Assembly (NCBI GenBank): GCA_041641305.1
Contig: JBEPYN010000002.1
Location: forward strand, 128,001-192,000
Origin: Nitrososphaerota archaeon
GTDB lineage: Archaea > Thermoproteota > Nitrososphaeria_A > Caldarchaeales > Caldarchaeaceae
Direction of reading: 5' to 3'
DNA length: 64,000 bases
Positions within the stretch are counted from its first letter, which is position 1; each line of letters starts with the position of its first letter. Shown here one piece after another: positions 47,797 through 56,532 of the stretch. The position numbers and the translations under genes were made by a program. The notes under the pieces are model-generated. The model searched no databases and was not told where the DNA came from. It was given only the letters and a program-made list of their open reading frames with translations.

Positions 47797-48354
47797 TTGT
47801 CATGGGTTGAGGACACGGTTGTTTTCCGGGGTGTTATTAGGAGAAGCGGTAACAGCTTAATCGCCACCATCCCACCCGAGCTCTCTCAGCGTTTTCTCAT
47901 ACGCGAGGGGCAGGAATACACCATAGTTGGGATGACGAGGGCTAGCCCCGATTTTGAGGGAGCTCTCCAGATATATCTCGGCTTCTTCGTAGTGCTTGAG
48001 AAGGCTCCGCGGCTTGACCTGGCCGTCGAGGGCATAGATTTCCCGACGCTCGAGCAAGTGCTGAAAAAATATGATGCAACGAACGTTGTGCCGAAAAAAT
48101 CAGACAACGGCTCTGTAGCCTGTTATGCTGTTTTCACGGCTGTTGAGAAGAACAGGGTGAAGCTGCCTAAATCTGTCGAGTCGGTGCAAGAGCTTCTGCC
48201 GACTATTCAGCGTGAGGTGGAGGCGTTGGGCGGGTCCGTCAAGTCGATGGAGGTCTCTGAAGTGGTTGTGGAGAATAGGCAGGTTGACCCAGCCATGCTC
48301 TCGAAGGCTCCATCACGTCTCGAGAAAAACTTGGCGTGGAAGTGGGAGATCTAG
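47797..48354 (+). CDS. Hypothetical protein with N-terminal AbrB/MazE-like swapped-hairpin domain
   Basis: IRRSGNSLIATIPPEL...LIREGQEY resembles the AbrB/SpoVT fold signature. Confidence 0.6.
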   Translation: MSWVEDTVVFRGVIRRSGNSLIATIPPELSQRFLIREGQEYTIVGMTRASPDFEGALQIYLGFFVVLEKAPRLDLAVEGIDFPTLEQVLKKYDATNVVPKKSDNGSVACYAVFTAVEKNRVKLPKSVESVQELLPTIQREVEALGGSVKSMEVSEVVVENRQVDPAMLSKAPSRLEKNLAWKWEI

Positions 48355-49526
48355 GCTTCGGCGGCTTTTCTGAGCTTGGCCACAGCTTCCACAACGTCCA
48401 TAAGATCCTCACGCTCACTCAGCAGCACATACTGTGGAATCCAGACGGCCTCGTAGTGGCTTGCCTTCTCGGTGTTGTTCAGAGGCATGGGGACGCGTGA
48501 TTTCTCTGCGATGAAGCTGTAGCTGTTTAGCGGCCTGTATCCCGCGTTGCATGGTATCCCCTCGGCGTTCAACGCTTTCACAAACTCTTCTTTGGAGCTG
48601 AAGCCGAATTTTTTGAGATCGACACGCATGATGTAGAGGTGGTAGCTGTGAGCCGTCACCTGCGGTGGCTTCTCAAACGGCTCAACACCATCTATCTCCG
48701 AAAGCTTCTCACTCAGATATTCCGCCGCCCGCATTCTTCTTTTGTTGAGTTCGGGGAGTCTGCGGAGCTGCGCCCTGAGAATAGCGGCCTGGAAAGCCGT
48801 CATGCGGAAGTTCCAGCCATATCTCACATGCTCATACCAGCCACGGCGCACATCACGTCCAACGTTCACCAAGCTCCGCGCAAGCTCAGCCAACTCTTCA
48901 TCGTTTGTCGTGATTATCCCCCCCTCGCCTGCGGCCATGTTCTTGCTCTGGTAGAAACTGAACCCCGCCATGTTTCCGATGGAGCCGACGTGACGGCCTC
49001 GCCACTCGGCGCCATGCGCCTGCGCAGCATCCTCTAACACAAGTAGCCCATGTCTCTCAGCGGTGTCAAGCAACTTGTCCATGTCCGCTGGGCATCCAGC
49101 CAGGTGGACGGGGATGATGCATCTTGTTTTTTCAGTGATGGCTTTGGAGACGGCTTCGGGGGAGATGTTGTAGGTTGCCTGGTCTATGTCGACGATGACG
49201 GGTGTGGCGCCTGTGTCAATGACGGCTGTGGCTGTTGCGAGAAAGGTGTAGGCGGGGACGATGACTTCGTCGCCGGGGCCCACACCCATGGCCTTCAGCG
49301 AAACGAATAAAGCAACTGAGCCGCTGCTGCACGTGACACCAAACCGTGCACCATGAAATGATGCAAACTCCTCCTCAAACAACCTAATCTTCGACGAGCC
49401 AGCTGACCAAGGCCCTTCACGCAAAGCCTCCATAAGCTCCTTAACCTCCTCATCGTCAAAATGAGGCCAGCGATGAAAAGGCCTTCTCCTAACGGGCTCG
49501 CCCCCTCGGACAGCCAGCGAAACCAT
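48351..49526 (-). CDS. DegT/DnrJ/EryC1/StrS family PLP aminotransferase
   Basis: GDEVIVPAYTF, PVHLAG, EDAAQAHG, FSFYQSKNMAAGEGG; start moved to ATG 49526. Confidence 0.9.
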   Translation of the reverse strand: MVSLAVRGGEPVRRRPFHRWPHFDDEEVKELMEALREGPWSAGSSKIRLFEEEFASFHGARFGVTCSSGSVALFVSLKAMGVGPGDEVIVPAYTFLATATAVIDTGATPVIVDIDQATYNISPEAVSKAITEKTRCIIPVHLAGCPADMDKLLDTAERHGLLVLEDAAQAHGAEWRGRHVGSIGNMAGFSFYQSKNMAAGEGGIITTNDEELAELARSLVNVGRDVRRGWYEHVRYGWNFRMTAFQAAILRAQLRRLPELNKRRMRAAEYLSEKLSEIDGVEPFEKPPQVTAHSYHLYIMRVDLKKFGFSSKEEFVKALNAEGIPCNAGYRPLNSYSFIAEKSRVPMPLNNTEKASHYEAVWIPQYVLLSEREDLMDVVEAVAKLRKAAEA

Positions 49527-49586
49527 GGACAAAACACTCAAAACCACTATTAAATTTCTATGAACATTTTGTCAAGGGCCTTCTCT

Positions 49587-50720
49587 TCAGGGATGCGATG
49601 TGCTCAGAAGATGTTCGGCTACGGTTTTGTAAATTTCTGCCGCTTTCACCAGCTCCTTCACCGCGACTCTTTCTCGGAAACTATGGGCTAGACGGAGGTC
49701 GCCGGGCCCAATGATGACACCCTCCACAGGCCTAATCTTTTGTATTCGGTTTAGGTCTGTTGCAGCCTCGAACCCCGTCAAAACAGGCTTCACACCGGCT
49801 GCTCGACACGCTTGTTGGCAAGCTCTTACAAGTGCGCCGCCAAGGCTGGCCATGTATGGTGGGATGTGGGATGATATGGCTGCTTTGAAAAAAGCTTGCT
49901 TGGGCAGGGCTGGCTTGATTATTTGCTTAACCATGCGGAGTGTTTCCGCTGGTTTTTCAACGGTTGTCCTGATGTCGATGACGATGTTTGAAGAGTCGGG
50001 TATGATGTTTGGTTTCAGCCCGCCTCTTATGAGGGTGACCGCGGCAGAGGACCTGCCAAGATATCTGTGTCTTTTTCCGTAGCCCCTTTCAAGCCGTGCA
50101 AGTTTGACGCATGCTCTTGCAGCGGCTGAAACAGCGTTTACGCCTTCAAGAGGTTTCGACGCATGCGCAGGTTTTCCGTAGAAGTTGACCGTGACTTCTG
50201 TGCGGCCTCTGCTCGCGACGCATATCTTCAGCGACGTCGGCTCGCCGACAACCATGTAGTCAACATGGTCCATCAACTTGATTAGAGAGAGGGAGCCGAG
50301 CCCCGAGACCTCCTCATCAGCCACAGCCATCAAAACAACCCGGCCCATCAAGCCCTCAAACCTCAGCGTCGAGACAGCGGCAAGCATAGCCGCCAACGCA
50401 CCCTTCGCATCAACGGATCCACGGCCACAGAGATAACCGCCGCTTACACCGGTTGATAATGGATGGAAACTCCAGCGCTCCACGGGTCCAACGGGCACGG
50501 TGTCGAGATGTGAGTTGAAGACCAGAACAGGGCCCTCGCCAAAAATCAGTTCAACAAGGGCCGAGGCTCTTCCTCCTCCATGGTCTATTACACGGGCCCT
50601 CAGCCCCAGCTCCGCAGCCTTTTCCGCAAAATATCTAGCAGCATCAGACTCACGGCCTGGAGGGTTCTCGCTGTTAACTTTAACCAACCCAGAGCCTATG
50701 GCCTCGATAATCTCCCTCAA
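49587..50720 (-). CDS. M20 ArgE/DapE-family deacylase
   Basis: NSHLDTVP, GRGSVDAKG, ADEE, GEPT, AHAS, GPG..AHS. Confidence 0.85.
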   Translation of the reverse strand: MREIIEAIGSGLVKVNSENPPGRESDAARYFAEKAAELGLRARVIDHGGGRASALVELIFGEGPVLVFNSHLDTVPVGPVERWSFHPLSTGVSGGYLCGRGSVDAKGALAAMLAAVSTLRFEGLMGRVVLMAVADEEVSGLGSLSLIKLMDHVDYMVVGEPTSLKICVASRGRTEVTVNFYGKPAHASKPLEGVNAVSAAARACVKLARLERGYGKRHRYLGRSSAAVTLIRGGLKPNIIPDSSNIVIDIRTTVEKPAETLRMVKQIIKPALPKQAFFKAAISSHIPPYMASLGGALVRACQQACRAAGVKPVLTGFEAATDLNRIQKIRPVEGVIIGPGDLRLAHSFRERVAVKELVKAAEIYKTVAEHLLSTSHP

Positions 50721-50798
50721 CCCGGAGCCGAAAAACCCGGGCCAGAATATAACCTAGCAGCAGGGCCTTGGCGTGGAACAGATACGCGACCGAGCCGG

Positions 50799-50996
50799 TT
50801 AAAGCTCGATCCTGACGTACCTGTTGGTGGCTGACGGCTTCTTCTTCCGGGGGCTGTTCCGCAGCAGTATGCCGCAGTAGGGACAGCGCACGCCGTCAGT
50901 CAAGTGGTAGACCCTGCAACGGGAGCAGTATTTGTAGCCGTTTGCGTAGCTCCTTCTCGCAGATGTCTTCTGAACCAGAACTGTTTTCTGCACCAT
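50799..50996 (-). CDS. Small basic zinc-ribbon protein
   Basis: YANGYKYCSRC-x10-CPYCG..LRNSPRKKK; ATG 50996. Confidence 0.75.
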   Translation of the reverse strand: MVQKTVLVQKTSARRSYANGYKYCSRCRVYHLTDGVRCPYCGILLRNSPRKKKPSATNRYVRIEL

Positions 50997-51154
50997 TTTT
51001 ACCACTTTTGTGTGGTTTTGTCGCGATATATAGATTGCGTAAATCAATTATATACCTTATTTTTAAAACAGCATTCCTAATTACCGTAATTAGCCCAGCA
51101 CAATAACGTGCAAAACACTTGTTTAAATAAAGCCTATTTTTGATACGTTTAGTC

Positions 51155-51577
51155 ATGTCGGAAACATATGATGTCCCCGACGAGCTCCTATACACGAAAG
51201 ATCATGAATGGGTTTTGCCCGAGAAGAAATACGTTATAGTGGGTATAACTGATTATGCGCAGAAGAAGCTGCGAGAAATTATCTATGTGGAGCTTCCGCA
51301 TATAAACACTAAGGTTCGGGCACGCGAGGTTTTGGGAACGGTTGAATCGGTCAAGTCCACAGCCGATGTTCTCTCGCCTGTTTCTGGACGGGTCGTAGAG
51401 GTTAACTCTAAGCTTCTCGACCATCCCGAGATTCTCAACGAATCACCTTACACCGAGGGTTGGATTGCGAAGATAGAGCTCTCAGACCCCTCTGAGCTGG
51501 ATAAGCTGCTCGACGCCGATGAATATCGCAGGTTTCTCGAGGAGCTCGAGGAGGAGAAAAGCGAGGAAGAGATGTAG
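51155..51577 (+). CDS. gcvH: Glycine cleavage system H protein (lipoyl carrier)
   Basis: YTKDHEWV, GITDYAQ, VESVKS (lipoyl Lys), SPVSG, NESPYTEGWI. Confidence 0.93.
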   Translation: MSETYDVPDELLYTKDHEWVLPEKKYVIVGITDYAQKKLREIIYVELPHINTKVRAREVLGTVESVKSTADVLSPVSGRVVEVNSKLLDHPEILNESPYTEGWIAKIELSDPSELDKLLDADEYRRFLEELEEEKSEEEM

Positions 51578-51615
51578 CAGCACTTATATGCAGCACGAAG
51601 ACCCGTATAGTAGAA

Positions 51616-51963
51616 ATGGTTCTGGTTAAGGTTCAGCGGATAACAAGCTACACAGACCCCGAGACTATGCGGCCGGGAAAAATCATTGAATTGGTTGAGG
51701 TGAGGAGAAGCAGCGGTTTTCAGGCCGTTGGTGTGGGTGAGGAGTCGGCGATGGTTCAGCGGATGCTTCAGACCGCTATGCTCCAGCTTCAGTCTATGGG
51801 TCTTATGCCGATGACGCGTGAAAACCTTTTCCCAAAAATAATTCTCTATGTGACTGAGCAGGAGTATGACATGTTGAATGTGAGGCTGGAGGTTAACGAG
51901 GTTTACGATGTTACTTTTAGCGACGGCTCAATTGTTTTCAAGAGACCTCAGGGCATCGGATGA
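51616..51963 (+). CDS. Arcadin-1 homologue
   Basis: DP..KIIELVE, EE.AM..M..Q, PKIILYVTEQE, V.EVY.V...DG.I pattern matches Pyrobaculum arcadin-1 as recalled; 115 aa. Confidence 0.7.
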   Translation: MVLVKVQRITSYTDPETMRPGKIIELVEVRRSSGFQAVGVGEESAMVQRMLQTAMLQLQSMGLMPMTRENLFPKIILYVTEQEYDMLNVRLEVNEVYDVTFSDGSIVFKRPQGIG

Positions 51964-52415
51964 CCGCTTGAGTGGTTTTCGCTCCACAGGCGGATAAACC
52001 ATTCCGGGACACGTGGCTTCTCCACGATGTCATAGTAGTCGTAGGGCTTGATGTCGAGAACGGGTGTGCCTGTGAAGGCGTCCAGTCCGAGAACTCTTAA
52101 CCCATTTGTTGTGACCTCGACGAGCCTACAAAGCGTCAGCCCTATTGGGTTTGGCCGTGTAGGACCTCGGAAAGCAAAGACACCAACCTCAGGCATATCT
52201 GCTCTACCACGGGGACGGATAACAAGCTGCACACGCTTCTCGAGATGCATGTAGTAGATGACGTAGACGTGGCTGTATTCTCCAAGACCCCGCAGCCCAT
52301 CTCTATACTCCTGATAAACTTCTATGTAGGAGGGGTTGCGCCACCTGCTCCACTCAACATTCTTCTCGGCAGGCATACCCTCCACAACAACACCGATAGG
52401 CTTGAGCGTAATCAT
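51948..52415 (-). CDS. tsaA: tRNA m6t6A37 methyltransferase TrmO/TsaA (YaeB family)
   Basis: LKPIGVV, GVFAFRGPTRPNPIGL, GLDAFTGTPVLDIKPY. Confidence 0.88.
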   Translation of the reverse strand: MITLKPIGVVVEGMPAEKNVEWSRWRNPSYIEVYQEYRDGLRGLGEYSHVYVIYYMHLEKRVQLVIRPRGRADMPEVGVFAFRGPTRPNPIGLTLCRLVEVTTNGLRVLGLDAFTGTPVLDIKPYDYYDIVEKPRVPEWFIRLWSENHSSGHPMP

Positions 52416-52419
52416 GCAA

Positions 52420-53019
52420 TCACCCCCTCAACGCCGCAGCCGCCGCAAAAAACCGTTGAACCACAGTAATTAATGAGACAGCTGTTATGAAGACTGCTGC
52501 GGCGAAGATGGTTAACGGGTTGATGTATGCGGTGAATGTGGCAACTATAGCGGCCAGCAGCCTTACAGCTCTCTCGCCTACACCCACCTCTTTCAGGCTA
52601 ACTCCAAGCGCCTCGGCCCTCGCTCTCGCGTAGCTGACGAGCATGCTTGAGGCAAGCATTCCAAGAGCAAGCACAGCGTCCACGACACCCGACAACAAAA
52701 AACCAAACACTATCAAGGCATCTGACACCCTGTCGGTGAACGAGTCCAAGAATGCTCCGAAACGCGACTGGCTGCCGAGTAGACGGGCGAGTGAGCCGTC
52801 CAACCCATCGAGGAAAGAGCTCACCGCAAGCAACACACCCGCCAAAAGGAAATAGCCGAGGTTCTCGCGGGACAGATAATAGCAAATTGTAGCCGCGGCA
52901 GTAAGTATGAGACCTGCCGCCGTCAACATATTTGGTGTTATGCTGCTGTGTGCGAGCAGCTTGACGATGGGTGTGATGGTTTTCTCGAAGAGGCCGCGGC
53001 CTCGTCGGCTTATGGACAC
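52420..53019 (-). CDS. CDP-alcohol phosphatidyltransferase (archaetidylinositol-phosphate synthase-like)
   Basis: TPNMLT, DGLDGSLAR, GAFLDSFTDRVSD, VSYARARAE. Confidence 0.9.
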   Translation of the reverse strand: MSISRRGRGLFEKTITPIVKLLAHSSITPNMLTAAGLILTAAATICYYLSRENLGYFLLAGVLLAVSSFLDGLDGSLARLLGSQSRFGAFLDSFTDRVSDALIVFGFLLSGVVDAVLALGMLASSMLVSYARARAEALGVSLKEVGVGERAVRLLAAIVATFTAYINPLTIFAAAVFITAVSLITVVQRFFAAAAALRG

Positions 53020-53109
53020 GATTGCTTAGATGGTGTCATGGATTTATAGGCTGTGGTGCGCTGCGACAGATTTATAAGTGCTGGTATCGAGTTTTTCGCG
53101 TGGTCGGGT

Positions 53110-53457
53110 TTGGTCAACGATGAAGCCTTGATGCAGGCGCAGCGACTGGTTGAGGCCGCGAAAACCCATCCAGAAGTTTCGCGCAAAGCCGCGGGGTGGA
53201 GTAAGGTTGTCCAGTTCAAGCCCAGCGACGGCACACCGTTCTACATCCACACAACTGCCTCGGGTCTCACGGTAACTGAGGGGCTTCACCCCAACCCATC
53301 TGCAACAGTTGAGTCAAGCCATCAAGACCTCGTGTCCATACTCCGCGGAGAACTCGACGCGGTTAAGGCGTTTTTCTCCGGCCGAATTAAGATTAAGGGA
53401 GACGTGTTTGCGGCGCAGGAGCTTAACTCGCTGTTCTCGACGCTTCTGAAGACCTGA
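53110..53457 (+). CDS. SCP2 sterol/lipid-binding domain protein
   Basis: GELDAVKAFFSGRIKIKGD signature; start moved to TTG 53110. Confidence 0.82.
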   Translation: MVNDEALMQAQRLVEAAKTHPEVSRKAAGWSKVVQFKPSDGTPFYIHTTASGLTVTEGLHPNPSATVESSHQDLVSILRGELDAVKAFFSGRIKIKGDVFAAQELNSLFSTLLKT

Positions 53458-53893
53458 GTGTCTCGAGTGTTTTCAAGGCCTCCGACACATGTGTGGATGG
53501 GTTGATTGACTGGATTATCTTGACTACGCGGCCCTCGGGGTCTATGATGAGAGTCATCCTCCTGGTTACCCCAAATAATCCAGCCGCGCCATATGCCTTC
53601 ACCACCTCGCCCGAGGTGTCGCTCAACAAATGATGCGTGAAGCCATGTTTCTCGGCGAATCGTTTGTGGCTCTCGACGCTGTCGCGGCTTATCCCCAGCG
53701 TAACGGCGCCCAGCTTCTCAAACTTCTCAAAGTTATCGCGTAGAAGACAGTTTTCACGGGTGCATCCAGGAGACCCATCCTTAGGATAAAAGAACAAGAC
53801 AACATAGCGGCCTCTTAATTTCTCGAGGCTGACACGCTCACCTGTGTGGGAAACAAGCTCAAAACCCGGCGCAGCATCTCCAACCTTAACCAT
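53423..53893 (-). CDS. bcp: Peroxiredoxin (BCP/PrxQ)
   Basis: FFYPKDGSPGCTRENC, GISRD. Confidence 0.92.
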   Translation of the reverse strand: MVKVGDAAPGFELVSHTGERVSLEKLRGRYVVLFFYPKDGSPGCTRENCLLRDNFEKFEKLGAVTLGISRDSVESHKRFAEKHGFTHHLLSDTSGEVVKAYGAAGLFGVTRRMTLIIDPEGRVVKIIQSINPSTHVSEALKTLETLRSSEASRTAS

Positions 53894-53985
53894 AGCCGAT
53901 GTAACGTTGTTCCGAAATTAAAACCATGGCAACCTACTCGGATTGTTTTCTAAGCCTTTATACTTCGTTTCTGATACTGTGTTTT

Positions 53986-54567
53986 GTGCTGGATGCGATT
54001 GCTGAAGAGATCAGGTCATGTAGGCTCTGTCCGCTGTGGAGAGGTAGGAGGAATGCTGTGCCGGGTGAGGGTAACCCGCGGGCGGAGCTGATGTTTATCG
54101 GTGAGGGCCCTGGCGAGGAGGAGGATTTGCAGGGTAGGCCTTTTGTGGGGCGTTCGGGCAAGCTGTTGACTGAGGCGTTGGAGAAAGCAGGCATCAGACG
54201 AGAGGATGTTTATATTACGAACGTCGTCAAATGCAGGCCGCCGGAAAACCGTGAACCGACACCTGAGGAGAGAAAAATCTGCACAAACAATTATCTCTTC
54301 AGACAGATTGAGGCCGTGAACCCGCGGTTGATAGTTTTGCTGGGCTCGGTCGCTGTTCAAACACTTCTCGGAATATCTTCCGTAACGGCGGTGAGGGGCA
54401 AGGCTTTCGAGAAAAGGGGCCGCAGGTTTTTCTGCACCTACCATCCAGCGGCAGCCCTCTACAACCCCGGAAACAAGGAAACCTTCTTCAACGACATCAA
54501 ACAGGCCCGTGAACTTTTGGAAAGCCTGAAACCTTTCGATAAGCAGAAAACGCTTTTCGAAGTGTGA
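53986..54567 (+). CDS. udg: Uracil-DNA glycosylase family 4 ([4Fe-4S])
   Basis: CRLCPL, GEGPG, PFVG, NVVKCRPPENR, YHPAA; start moved to GTG 53986. Confidence 0.93.
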   Translation: MLDAIAEEIRSCRLCPLWRGRRNAVPGEGNPRAELMFIGEGPGEEEDLQGRPFVGRSGKLLTEALEKAGIRREDVYITNVVKCRPPENREPTPEERKICTNNYLFRQIEAVNPRLIVLLGSVAVQTLLGISSVTAVRGKAFEKRGRRFFCTYHPAAALYNPGNKETFFNDIKQARELLESLKPFDKQKTLFEV

Positions 54568-54571
54568 GAGG

Positions 54572-55147
54572 TTGTCATTCTATCGGCTTGACCGCGGTTT
54601 CTACGACCGCGACACCGTGGAGCTGGCGAAGCTTCTGCTGGGTAAAGTGTTGTGTGTTAGACGCGGCGACATGGTCATGAGCTGCCGCATCGTCGAGACA
54701 GAGGCGTATGTGAAAAACGATAAGGCTAACCACGCCTACAGGGGAATGACTAAACGTAACAAAAGCATGTTCGGCCCGCCGGGAACACTCTATGTCTACA
54801 TGGTTCACACCCATTACTGCATGAACGTGGTGCGTGGAGGTGGTGAGGCTGTGCTTATCCGTGCTGCTGAGCCTCTTGCGAACGTCGATGGCAGGCTTGA
54901 TGGGCCGGGGAAGCTGTGCAGGGCCCTCGGCGTTGATAGGTCTTTTGACGGGGAGGACCTCTGTGTCTCGGAGAGGGTTTGGTTGATGGATGATGGCTAC
55001 AAGTTTACGAAAATCGCGGTCACGAGGCGTATCGGTGTGACCGCCGACGTTCACAGGCTGCTCCGCTTCTACATAGCTGGGTCTCCTTACGTTTCGCGGA
55101 AAAATGTTCCTGTCCGAAGGCTTCTGGATGCTAGTCGATGGTTTTAG
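54572..55147 (+). CDS. mpg: DNA-3-methyladenine glycosylase (MPG/AAG type)
   Basis: LLGK, RIVETEAY, MFGPPG.LYVY, CMNVV, AVLIRA.EP, GPGKLC, RIGV. Confidence 0.92.
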   Translation: MSFYRLDRGFYDRDTVELAKLLLGKVLCVRRGDMVMSCRIVETEAYVKNDKANHAYRGMTKRNKSMFGPPGTLYVYMVHTHYCMNVVRGGGEAVLIRAAEPLANVDGRLDGPGKLCRALGVDRSFDGEDLCVSERVWLMDDGYKFTKIAVTRRIGVTADVHRLLRFYIAGSPYVSRKNVPVRRLLDASRWF

Positions 55148-56426
55148 ACGCGGCCGCGGCGTGGCCTGTCAAGCCCTCCGCCCGGGCCAGTAACGCAGCA
55201 TGTTTGCCGAGACGCTTCGCCGCACCCTTCATCACCCGCACCTCCGTAACTATCTTCACGTAGTCGAGGATGCTCAGCCCACTTCTCACAGCCGCCTGGC
55301 CCATGGTGGGCAAAACATGGTTTACCCCCACTACGTAATCGCATAAGGCTGGTGATGTGTAGCGGCCGTAGGAGATCAGTCCCGCGTTTGTGATGCTCTG
55401 TAGGAGCTTCTCGTTTTTGGAGACGATGTAGAGATGCTCTGGTGCAATGGCCTGTATCAAGGCGGCGGCTGTCGTGGGCTTGTCGCAGACAACAGCGTAT
55501 CCGTTTTTCTGAAGAGACTCGTTCACGATCTCGCCGCGCTCCAGCCTCGGTGTAATAAGTTTAAGAAACTTGAGCACCTCGTTCACCAGCTCATCTGAGG
55601 TCGTCACCAAGCCAACCAAGGTATCTGTGCTATGTTCCGCCTGGGCACACATCTCCAGCGCCACGTTCTCGGCGTCGGCAACATCGTCAGCATATACGCA
55701 GAGCTCGGTAGGCCCCGCCAACATGTCCACTGCCACATCACGACTCACCAGCTTCATTGCAGCTGTCACATAGGGCCCCCCGGGGCCGACTATTTTCGTC
55801 ACGGGCCTGATTGTCTCGGTGCCGTAGGCCATGGCTGCCACGGCGTGTGGGCCTCCTGCGGTGTAAACTTCTTTGACGCCCGTGAGATAAAGCGCTGCGG
55901 CGACTACGGTGGGTATGTTTCCCTCGCGTGTGGGAGGTGTGAAAACAGCTATGCGTGGGACTTCGGCAACCTTCGCGGGTATAACTGTCATCAAAACGGT
56001 GCTTGGATACGCTGCCCCGCCTCCCGGAACGTAGCAGCCAACCGAGGGGATTGGAGAGGGCCGCTGAACAACGTAGACACCCTCCTCAACCCTGATACTG
56101 GAAAACAATCTCTTCAGCTGCGATCTACAAACCTTGGCTATGTTCTCCGCAGACTTTTTGAGAGCCTTCTTTGTCGCCTCGTCAAGCCGTGCATAGGCGT
56201 CGGCAAGCTTCTCCACAGGGACGTGGAGCTTCTCGAGACCTATCGCAGGTGAGTCAAATTTTTTCACATACTCGATGAGTGCCTCGTCACCCCTTGCCTT
56301 AACATCCTCAACAACTCTCCGCACCACTTCAACGTAGGTGTCAAAGGATTTCCTACTAGACACTATTTCGGCAGCCACTTCAGATATGTTCTTTGCTTCT
56401 ACTCTGTAGAACCTCAATCTACGCAC
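55131..56426 (-). CDS. hisD: Histidinol dehydrogenase
   Basis: YVPGG.A.YPSTVLM, AMAYGT, KIVGPG, DMLAGPTE, QAEH, APEHL, NHVLPT. Confidence 0.93.
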   Translation of the reverse strand: MRRLRFYRVEAKNISEVAAEIVSSRKSFDTYVEVVRRVVEDVKARGDEALIEYVKKFDSPAIGLEKLHVPVEKLADAYARLDEATKKALKKSAENIAKVCRSQLKRLFSSIRVEEGVYVVQRPSPIPSVGCYVPGGGAAYPSTVLMTVIPAKVAEVPRIAVFTPPTREGNIPTVVAAALYLTGVKEVYTAGGPHAVAAMAYGTETIRPVTKIVGPGGPYVTAAMKLVSRDVAVDMLAGPTELCVYADDVADAENVALEMCAQAEHSTDTLVGLVTTSDELVNEVLKFLKLITPRLERGEIVNESLQKNGYAVVCDKPTTAAALIQAIAPEHLYIVSKNEKLLQSITNAGLISYGRYTSPALCDYVVGVNHVLPTMGQAAVRSGLSILDYVKIVTEVRVMKGAAKRLGKHAALLARAEGLTGHAAAASKTID

Positions 56427-56532
56427 GGGTTTGGTTTAGCCGCTTTTATGGCTTTGCTGTAAGGCTTGTGATAAAAGTGTTGTGGATGGATTATGGGCAA
56501 CGGTTTTATCGGAGTAGTTGGACGAGGGCTTC

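Noticed and set aside
47797-48354. Toxin-antitoxin module
   Set aside because: No adjacent toxin gene; too long for a simple antitoxin.
50761-50798. Imperfect GC hairpin downstream of the Zn-ribbon gene
   Set aside because: Bulged and short; no tRNA cloverleaf or C/D boxes; insufficient support for an RNA gene.
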